64,000 nt of DNA, taken from assembly GCA_051294905.1 (NCBI GenBank), contig CM119371.1, positions 24,492,001 to 24,556,000 on the forward strand, given 5' to 3'. The translations under genes and the position numbers were made by a program. Shown here one piece after another: positions 25,282 through 35,801 of this stretch. The DNA is from Botryllus schlosseri (lineage: Eukaryota). The notes under the pieces were generated by a model, which saw only the letters and a program-made list of their open reading frames with translations, searched no databases and was not told where the DNA came from. Each line of letters opens with the position of its first letter. The first letter of the stretch is position 1.

Positions 25282-27424
25282 ATTCGTATGACCGATGATT
25301 TTTATTCAACTGTAAAAGTCGTTACTAATCTATAACACAAAGTAATCACTACTCTATGCATACGACGAGATTTGAATACTCGGTCTATGATAGCAATTCG
25401 TACAAGTGAATCCAAGACATCGGGCTGTGAGAAAATCTTCACCACATTGACCTACCGCCTTATCCAACGTACTCAAAGTAAGTAGACACGATTTCAGTAA
25501 TATACACAATCATTACAACTGTAAACTATACTAATCAATCTCGGTCGTATTCACATATCACATACATGTGTTGTTGTTTTTTATTCCTTCAGTAAAATGT
25601 AGTCGTATTAATCTGACGATAACGTGCACACACAAGAAACATCACCGCGATTTTATAATTGATCACCCGACTTAGGGTACCAATAAACATTACCGGGATT
25701 TTTATAAACTAGCCATATTACTCAATACATCTATCAATATCAGAACGCAAGGTCCAATACCGAAAGAAAAGTACTTTTTTAGTTTAATAAAAATCAAATC
25801 ATTCGTCTTCATCTTGTGAATTGTCACACACCCAACTAATATCATACCAAATAGTTATTTACAACAAACAAGACACAGAAAATTTGTTTTGGACGTTTCG
25901 ATTTTATTACTGGGTGTACTGATCCCTTCGCTTCATACAATCTAGATTTAAACACCATCGAACCTTTGGTATCTATCGTTTTGCTGGATTCGAATTATGT
26001 TAGTCTAACAATAAACAAATTTCACTATCTTGGGTTATGAACTCAGTGTGTTAGCGGTCATTCAATATTTTGTAGTATCAACTAGTTACTTTGTGGGATA
26101 CGAATGATCATCCTCACAACTCTTACAAAAGTACGAAGGATATTTACATCACGCAAAGTAGTCGACTTTACTCGATATCCTCACACTACGAAACTAAATG
26201 ATTGGTTAGACTCTACAAACTGTTTTTGATGTCGTTTTTGACACGAATGGTCACGCATCTAAATATTCAAATAATCCAACACACCTTACAGAAATATCAT
26301 AGTTCTTGTAACAAAGTTGTATGAGTATAATGTTTATCGTAAGTCCCACACAGTCATATCCATCCGAGTTTGACTTTTAGAAAATATTGTACCGACATCG
26401 CGACATCTTTCAAAATTAAAACCACGGTGACTGCTTGAGATACCTACCAACGATATCACAGTAATACAGTTACTTCCACAAAAGAGTATGTATTCGACTT
26501 ACTTTCCACAAATCTAACGCACAAAACAATTTACTTTGCTAACGAAAAGTGCTGAATCATCATATGATTGTCCTCGCAACAATACAACTAAAACACACTA
26601 TCATACAAAATGGTCGTTATAGTTTGCATACCAACGGTACATCGTACAAGTAACAAGTCTCGAGAATCCAGTTATTCAAAAAACGTGAAAGTGTTTCTAC
26701 GCCAAGTTGTTATGTTGACGAAAGCGTATATTGTAATATCATGATCGATTTGCATTCGTTGGTCACAAAATGTCACTACTCTAAATAATTATTTTTCACT
26801 CAAACACAAAAGCATACTTGTCACCAATCGTTTTCATCAAGCACGAGTTCAAGAAGCTTACTACGACATGAATTGTTATTTTTATGTTTCGTAAATAGGT
26901 AATAATCAATTTTAGTATCACTGTATCAACATCATCGAGTTGTGCCAATAGATTTACATGTGGTCTTGTGGTTTTAATCGAAGTACACAGCACGGTCTAA
27001 TGTAGAGCCATCTCTATTGTACAGCAACTCGGTAATCAAAATGCAGGCATTAACATTTAAACAGCGATCTTGTTTCGTCACGCGAAAAATATGTTCACTG
27101 TCGCGATACTCTGCACAAGACGTGCAAATCCTTTTCCCCCTCGTAATAGTATACCAACGGCTACCTACGACAACGTTTAACAATACCAACGACACTGGAA
27201 ACACTGAAACCACAACACTTAACCGAGTAAAAATACATTTTCCTTTAGCTACATTACACTTACCCGACTAAACAATATCATTATCACCTGGAGATCCACC
27301 GTTACCCGAGTAACAAAATCATTTTCCTTTGTAGATCTATCGTTTACTCAGAGTAACAATACATTTTCACTTGAGGGTCTATCGTTTTCTAGAGTAACAA
27401 ACCCCTCTTTCCTTTAGAAATTTA

Positions 27425-28000
27425 TTTTTTCCCTGGGTAACAAACTTTTTTCACTTGGAAATATATTTTTTCTTTGGGTAACAAACCTTTATTACTTGGA
27501 AATATATTTTTTCCTGGGTAACAAACCTTTTTCACTTGGAAATATATTTTTTCTTTGGGTAACAAACCTATATCACTTGGAAATATATTTTTTTCCCTGA
27601 GCAACAAACCTTTTTCACTTGGAAATATATTTTTTCTTTGTGTAACAAACCTTTATCACTTGGAAATATATTTTTTCCCTGGGTTACAAACCTTTATCAC
27701 TTGGAAATATATTTTTCCCCTGGGTAACAAACCTTTTTCACTTAAAAATATATTATTTCCCTGAGCAACAAACCTTTTTCACTTGGAAATATATTTTTTC
27801 TCTGGGTAACAAACCTTTTTCACTTGGAAATATATTTTTTCCCTGAGCAACAAACCTTTTTCACTTGGAAATATATTTTTATCCCACAGCAACAAACCAT
27901 TTTCACTTGGAAAAATACTTTTACATAGAGTAACTAATCATTTTCTTTTGGAAATATATTTTCTCCCTGAGTAACAAACCCTTTTCGTTTGGAAAACCAT
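27425..28000 (+). repeat. 41-bp minisatellite (~12 regular units plus degenerate flanks), left arm
   Basis: Unit GGGTAACAAACCTTTTTCACTTGGAAATATATTTTTTCCCT starting at 27435, 27476, 27516, 27557, 27599, 27640, 27681 and onward. Confidence 0.95.
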
Positions 28001-29358
28001 CATTTACCTGAGTACCAATACCATTTGCACTTGGAAATCTTTTCTCTGGGTAACAATACCATTTTCGTTTTGAAAACTGACAACCACACCCGACAATTTG
28101 ATATTTTTGTATATTGTTACAACGGGCAGTGACAAAATATACACCAACAACGACTCCGATACATTTGTGTAATCGCATATTCACTTGTTCTGGTGCATCC
28201 CATCAAAATCATCGGTTAACCACATACAATATGCTCTTGTATATCGAAATGTATGTTTGGGAAATTGGACAATAGGTTTCGACATGTCCGCGATGTCCGG
28301 GTTCGTGCTTTGGATTGTCCAGAGTCAAAATGTCTGAATAAAACACCTCCTCGACGATGGCTGGTACGTGGATAACGGTGTTCGGAAAACCGTTGGATTT
28401 ATGTCACCCATCGCTATAACAATTCCAGGTCGAGTTTTCCCCGCATGTTTACTATATTGTGTCTTTATTGGTCAATGTATGTCTCGACATTCAGTTTGAA
28501 ATCGGAAACCCTGATAAAGTATGTAACCGGATCCGGATATCAACTCTGAATCGATAAACCAATGAACAATATTCAAAGTAAACATGTTACACCCCGTGTT
28601 TCCACGAAAAAATACCATCCAGACACACGTCGCGCTTGTTTGCCCACACCAGTATACGCGTAAATGGAGGTGTGTGACATTGCATGCAATGTGTTGGTAT
28701 ACAAACATCGGGGAGTAATCCGTCGATCCGCAGACATTATCATAGCCGGTAATTTTGATGCAGATCGTATGTCATCACACCCGATAACAATACCAATAAG
28801 CCACATCGCAATGACTCTTAGTCCGCGCTATTACATAGATATTTCGACACCGTTCACTGATTTAATCGATGGTTTTATCGCGTTGTAACATTACAAAATA
28901 GTCATGACCCTATCTCCGGACAGATCACCCAGATCGCTAGTGACTGGATACATCGGTCAATATCCGTCGTGTTGTCGACACCGAAGTTCTCTGCTGAGAC
29001 TACAGCGTTTGACCACTGTGAACTATCCATGTACGGTGCTCGAAACGATTGTGAAAACGATCAGTCTTTCAGTCACGATGAATGGATGTCGCTTCTCCTA
29101 CATAACGACTCCAGATAAATATCGCGAAAAGTGATTCTGCAAATCTCGGACTGATACTGTGATCCAATAAGGTGTGCTTCTGTGGACTGAAGACTGCAAT
29201 CGTACACTACAATACAACACTACCTCTCGTGATTTCACACGCAAACATAAAACACACCATCGTAAGGGTTTGTCAAGTTCGTTCGGTAACATTTCGAAAC
29301 GGTCGTCACCACAAGGCTATTTGATCGGGGTTGGTTTCAGTTTGTCATATCGAATAAC

Positions 29359-29637
29359 ATGTCACTCGGTTTTAGAATCCACCGTTTTTCAAGTCCCCAC
29401 ACCATAGTGTTACGATACAGACAAGATGCGATGGTGGAAATAAAACACGGAAGGCACACTTTGGTGTTATTTGACATGGATTTTACACCCGACGAACCTC
29501 ACATTCGAGCGATGCATTGGAACGCCGCTTGTATTATTGACATCGAAGGGAAAGAAATGTATCGATTTATTGGTTTCGTACATATCCAACAAAAATCTGG
29601 GTATGTGATTGTGCATGGTTCGCATATTCGACTTTGA
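29359..29637 (+). CDS. Unassigned 92-aa intronless protein in the palindrome spacer, paralog of 11507-11794
   Basis: Intact ORF. Motifs shared with the paralog: HTxVLRY, TLxLFDxDFxP, WN, IIDxEGKExxRFxGxVxIQxKSGxxIVxG. Confidence 0.75.
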   Translation: MSLGFRIHRFSSPHTIVLRYRQDAMVEIKHGRHTLVLFDMDFTPDEPHIRAMHWNAACIIDIEGKEMYRFIGFVHIQQKSGYVIVHGSHIRL

Positions 29638-30347
29638 ACGCTCTATTGGTATATGTTGTACAGTTCACTTTCACCGTCGTGTGAATAACCCATGTTACGG
29701 TTCCATGTTTCTGTGTCTGTATGTCATACTTCAGATTGACTCAGAGTCATTGCGATGTGGCTTATTGGTATTGTTATCGGGTGTGATGACATTGGATCTG
29801 CATCAAAATTACCGGCTATGATAATGTCTGTGGATCGACGGATTACTCCCCGATGTTTGTATACCAACAAATTGCATGCAATGTCACACACCTCCATTTA
29901 CGCGTATACTGGTGTGGGCAAACAAGCGCGACGTGTGTCTGGATGGTATTTTTTCGTGGAAACACGGGGTGTAACATGTTTACTTTGAATATTGTTCATT
30001 GGTTTATCGATTCAGAGTTGATATCCGGATCCGGTTACATACTTTATCAGGGTTTCCGATTTCAAACTGAATGTCGAGACATACATTGACCAATAAAGAC
30101 ACAATATAGTAAACATGCGGGGAAAACTCGACCTGGAATTGTTATAGCGATGGGTGACATAAATCCAACCGTTTTCCGAACACCCTTATCCACGTACCAG
30201 CCATCGTCGAGGAGGTGTTTTATTCAGACATTTTGACTCTGGACAATCCAAAGCACGAACCCGGACATCGCGGATATGTCGAAACCTATTGTCCAATTTC
30301 CCAAACATACATTTCGATATACAAGAGCATATTGTATGTGGTTAACC

Positions 30348-31172
30348 CAGGGGTGGGCAAACTTTTGAGCTCGCGGGCCGCATTCAACATCTTAATCCAT
30401 TCGCGGGCCGCACCAAAACGCAATATTGGTATTTGATCATATAGGAAGGACATGGCTCTTATATATATGCTTATTTAAAACAAACCAAACATTGCTTTGA
30501 TGGATCGTACACGCGTCAGAAACAGTTGGCGAGATTGTATAATCTGGTCGACCTCAATAACCAATGTGTCAAAACTATAGTGATGAAAGTAGGTTGTCCC
30601 GATTCTTAGAACAGGATTGAAATTTAAATCTATGAGCAGCGAACTGTTCATAGATTTACTAATTCAACTTTTGGTTTAGTTCCAGGACACATAATGCTGA
30701 CAGCATCATAACCATGTTAGCATCAATCACGCTTCTACTATGGGTAGATAAAATATAAATACCCTAATTCCACGCATACAGAGAACGAATCGAATAGTTT
30801 GATGGCATCAAAGATTACGACTGTGGATGAGAGATTTTTGAATATGAAATTCATACTGAATACAAGGCAATAACTGTGGATTAGATGTAAATCGCGCGGA
30901 GCGCGGAAAAAATTTCATTTGAGCTCAGCTTCGCGGCCCCCTTCAGATGCTTTCACGCCCCCAAGGTTGGGGGGAGGAAGGCGAGCCCCCAGTTTGAGAA
31001 TCACTGCCTTAGAATCTTCATGTTGAAATATACTAATAAAAAGTTGCATTAATTCGATTTTTAGTAAGCATTTTATCAATATTTTTAATAAGTTTCTTTA
31101 GACTCTCGCGGGCCGCACAAAACGGTGTTGCGGGCCGCATGCGGCCCGCGGGCCGTAGTTTGCCCACCCCTG
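30348..31172. mobile_element. hAT (Charlie-like) MITE; right arm only
   Basis: TIR CAGGGGTGGGCAAACT / AGTTTGCCCACCCCTG; TSD GGTTAACC (30340-30347, 31173-31180). The left arm has a single GGTTAACC at ~28214-28221. Confidence 0.92.
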
Positions 31173-31419
31173 GGTTAACCGATGATTTTGATGGGATGCA
31201 CCAGAACAAGTGAATATGCGATTACACAAATGTATCGGAGTCGTTGTTGGTGTATATTTTGTCACTGCCCGTTGTAACAATATACAAAAATATCAAATTG
31301 TCGGGTGTGGTTGTCAGTTTTCAAAACGAAAATGGTATTGTTACCCAGAGAAAAGATTTCCAAGTTCAAATGGTATTGGTACTCAGGTAAATGATAGTTT
31401 TCTAAACGAAAAGGGTTTG

Positions 31420-31972
31420 TTACCCAGGGAGAAAATATATTTCCAAAAGAAAATGATTAGTTACTCTATGTATAAGTATTTTTCCAAGTGAAAATGGTTT
31501 GTTGCTTTGGGATAAAAATATATTTCCAAGTGAAAAAGGTTTGTTGCTCAGGGAAAAAATATATTTCCAAGTGAAAAAGGTTTGTTACCCAGAGAAAAAA
31601 TATATTTCCAAGTGAAAAAGGTTTGTTGCTCAGGGAAAAAATATATTTTTAAGTGAAAAAGGTTTGTTACCCAGGGAAAAAATATATTTCTAAGTGATAA
31701 AGGTTTGTAACCCAGGGAAAAAATATATTTCCAAGTGATAAAGGTTTGTTACCCAAAGAAAAAATATATTTCCAAGTGAAAAAAGTTTGTTGCTCAGGGA
31801 AAAAAATATATTTCCAAGTGATATAGGTTTGTTACCCAAAGAAAAAATATATTTCCAAGTAAAAAAGGTTTGTTACCCAGGGAAAAAATATATTTCCAAG
31901 TGATAAAGGTTTGTTACCCAAAGAAAAAATATATTTCCAAGGGAAAAAGGTTTGTTACCCAGGGAAAAAATG
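31420..31972 (-). repeat. 41-bp minisatellite, right-arm mirror copy
   Basis: Reverse complement of the 27.4-28.0 kb array. Confidence 0.95.
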
Positions 31973-34900
31973 AATTTCTAAAGGAAAGGGGGGTTTGTTA
32001 CTCTAGAAAACGATAGACCCTCAAATGAAAATGTATTGTTACTCTGAGTAAACGATAGATCTACAAAGGAAAATGATTTTGTTACTCGGGTAACGGTGGA
32101 TCTCCAGGTGATAATGATATTGTTTAGTCGGGTAAGTGTAATGTAGCCAAAGGAAAATGTATTTTTACTCGGTTAGGTGTTGTGGTTTCAGTGTTTCCAG
32201 TGTCGTTGGTATTGTTAAACGTTGTCGTAGGTAGCCGTTGGTATACTATTACGAGGGGGAAAAGGATTTGCACGTCTTGTGCAGAGTATCGCGACAGTGA
32301 ACATATTTTTCGCGTGACGAAACAAGATCGCTGTTTAAATGTTAATGCCTGCATTTTGATTACCGAGTTGCTGTACAATAGAGATGGCTCTACATTAGAC
32401 CGTGCTGTGTACTTCGATTAAAACCACAAGACCACATGTAAATCTATTGGCACAACTCGATGATGTTGATACAGTGATACTAAAATTGATTATTACCTAT
32501 TTACGAAACATAAAAATAACAATTCATGTCGTAGTAAGCTTCTTGAACTCGTGCTTGATGAAAACGATTGGTGACAAGTATGCTTTTGTGTTTGAGTGAA
32601 AAATAATTATTTAGAGTAGTGACATTTTGTGACCAACGAATGCAAATCGATCATGATATTACAATATACGCTTTCGTCAACATAACAACTTGGCGTAGAA
32701 ACACTTTCACGTTTTTTGAATAACTGGATTCTCGAGACTTGTTACTTGTACGATGTACCGTTGGTATGCAAACTATAACGACCATTTTGTATGATAGTGT
32801 GTTTTAGTTGTATTGTTGCGAGGACAATCATATGATGATTCAGCACTTTTCGTTAGCAAAGTAAATTGTTTTGTGCGTTAGATTTGTGGAAAGTAAGTCG
32901 AATACATACTCTTTTGTGGAAGTAACTGTATTACTGTGATATCGTTGGTAGGTATCTCAAGCAGTCACCGTGGTTTTAATTTTGAAAGATGTCGCGATGT
33001 CGGTACAATATTTTCTAAAAGTCAAACTCGGATGGATATGACTGTGTGGGACTTACGATAAACATTATACTCATACAACTTTGTTACAAGAACTATGATA
33101 TTTCTGTAAGGTGTGTTGGATTATTTGAATATTTAGATGCGTGACCATTCGTGTCAAAAACGACATCAAAAACAGTTTGTAGAGTCTAACCAATCATTTA
33201 GTTTCGTAGTGTGAGGATATCGAGTGAAGTCGACTACTTTGCGTGATGTAAATATCCTTCGTACTTTTGTAAGAGTTGTGAGGATGATCATTCGTATCCT
33301 ACAAAGTAACTAGTTGATACTACAAAATATTGAATGACCGCTAACACACTGAGTTCATAACCCAAGATAGTGAAATTTGTTTATTGTTAGACTAACATAA
33401 TTCGTATCCAGCAAAACGATAGATACCAAAGGTTCGATGGTGTTTAAATCTAGATTGTATGAAGCGAAGGGATCAGTACACCCAGTAATAAAATCGAAAC
33501 GTCCAAAACAAATTTTCTGTGTCTTGTTTGTTGTAAATAACTATTTGGTATGATATTAGTTGGGTGTGTGACAATTCACAAGATGAAGACGAATGATTTG
33601 ATTTTTATTAAACTAAAAAAGTACTTTTCTTTCGGTATTGGACCTTGCGTTCTGATATTGATAGATGTATTGAGTAATATGTCTAGTTTATAAAAATCCC
33701 GGTAATGTTTATTGGTACCCTAAGTCGGGTGATCAATTATAAAATCGCGGTGATGTTTCTTGTGTGTGCACGTTATCGTCAGATTAATACGACTACATTT
33801 TACTGAAGGAATAAAAAAAAAAACATGTCTGTGATATGTGAATACGACCGAGATTGATTAGTATAGTTTACAGTTGTAATGATTGTGTATATTACTGAAA
33901 TCGTGTCTACTTACTTTGAGTACGTTGGATAAGGCGGTAGGTCAATGTGGTGAAGATTTTCTCACAGCCCGATGTCTTGGATTCACTTGTACGAATTGCT
34001 ATCATAGACCGAGTATTCAAATCTCGTCGTATGCATAGAGTAGTAATTACTTTGTGTCATAGATTAGTAACGACTTTTACAGTTGAATAAAAATTATCGG
34101 TCATACGAATACCACAAGGATGAATTAATTCAAGTTTGCGAGTTGTAGTGATATAGCCAAGTAAGTGAAAACTAGATTTTAAACACTTGACAAACGGAAA
34201 GCTGCATCGGGAATATAGTTGTAATGTTACATTAGTTGTTTCAAATCAATGTGTGCATAATTTCGAAATGTGAGTGGGTGAAAGTTGGTAGGTATGCTTG
34301 TCAATCTATTTCAATTCAGACTATGTCAAAGTTGATATATTTCATTTTGGATTATCTGAATTTACCTTTAGTAGTCAATCCTATTCTAGAAGCATGATGG
34401 TAAATACCCTGATTAGTATGATCAGTTTACAAAATCGCGGTGATGTTTTTTGTCGCATGCGTGTTATCATCAAGCGAGTACGTGATTTCTCTCAAGTCTT
34501 ACGATTAGGGTTGAGTTTGTGAAATATTATTTAATAATCATATAATACCATTCCTCAAGAACAGTGGCGGGATTGTGAGAAATAGATAAATTCCCAATCA
34601 AACACTTTTCATACATACGAATCAAGTTTTTTCTCAATCGGGGTGCTGATAATGGTGTTTATTAAAACTTTGCTCATATCGTAACACCCTTCACCACAAC
34701 GCAAGAGTTGGTATACATGAAAATAATTTTTATCGAGCGCTGATCGAACACTCGAATCTCGGGTTGGGGGCCAATTGGTTAATAGGTATTCCGTATTGAA
34801 TTTGTTTGTATCACGATAGCCTGCATTATAACACATGGATTCACTTGTGAGATATTTTTCAGTCTATCACTAGTCAAACATTCAAATCTCGTATTCTAAA

Positions 34901-35228
34901 TATACAATTTGGTAATCTCAATGTCACATTACCCGAGCAATAATTGTTGTGTCTTACAGAATATTGACTTATTTTACAGTTGAATAAAAAATCACTGATC
35001 GAGTTATAAGGTTTCAAACCTTAAAATTGTCGTTTCAACTTTAGCTTTGATTCGTGTAAACGATTAAGTTTGTGAAATATTTGCTGATAATGACATTATA
35101 CCATTCTGAAATACCGCGCATGCGTAATATTGTTATACAGAGTCAGTTTGGCGCTGAGCGGTGGTAAATTATCATATTCGGATACAATTCAGCTTCACTT
35201 GTAGCGCGAGTGAGATTTCGAGTTGGTA

Positions 35229-35507
35229 TGTTTGTTTGTTTGTGGGGTATTCATGGTGCTTGTCGACTACTATGGTCATTTACACCAGGCCGATATTCTT
35301 CTTATTTTTCCGTAACTGCCGACTTATAGCACGGCCCACCTCTAGGCTTTTGTAAGACACCGCTGACGCGGATGAGGTGGCGAGGAGGAGCCTAGGTAAA
35401 CCTCCAACACTTAGGTATCGGAATTCGCAAGTCGACCTCGGTCGGACTCGAACCCGCACCCATTGGTGTTGCAGCCGCGGATTATACCACTGCGCTATCT
35501 CGCCACT
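35229..35507 (-). mobile_element. Full-length tRNA-derived SINE (tRNA-Cys-like head)
   Basis: Minus strand reads GGCGAGATAGCGCAGTGG...CTGCAAC...GGTTCGAGTCC with an (AAAC)n tail; 13-bp TSD TTTCGAGTTGGTA (35216-35228, 35508-35520). Confidence 0.9.
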
Positions 35508-35801
35508 TTTCGAGTTGGTAAATTGACACATTGATTGAATATTACCATGATTCTTATGACGTGTCTAAAGTCAATCCTATTCTAGAAGCGTTGAAACTTA
35601 TAGCGACTGTGTGGAAATCGAAAACAGAGCCGAAAGTTGGTCAAGTCAAGTAATATTCCTAAAAAGATTGTATGATTTTACAATTATTTCGCATCTATTT
35701 GAGTATGTGGTAATCTCACAAAGGATTAGGGTTAGGGCGGAAATAAGTGACTATTTGTTGCTATTCAAGTTACCCACACTGATGGTTCTGTTAGTCGGTA
35801 T

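Larger units (their letters stand above)
22280..35524. repeat. Giant inverted duplication: left arm 22280-28823, spacer 28824-29737, right arm 29738-35524
   Basis: The arms are near-identical reverse complements; identical or near-identical ORF pairs include 26796-26993/32402-32599, 26974-27213/32182-32421 and 22990-23214/34298-34522. They differ by arm-specific TE insertions and small indels. Confidence 0.95.

Noticed and set aside
27425..28000. Regular ~41-bp periodicity resembling a CRISPR array
   Set aside because: Units are tandem with no unique spacers, there are no cas genes, and the context is eukaryotic.
35430..35507. tRNA-Cys gene
   Set aside because: It is the head of a TSD-flanked SINE.
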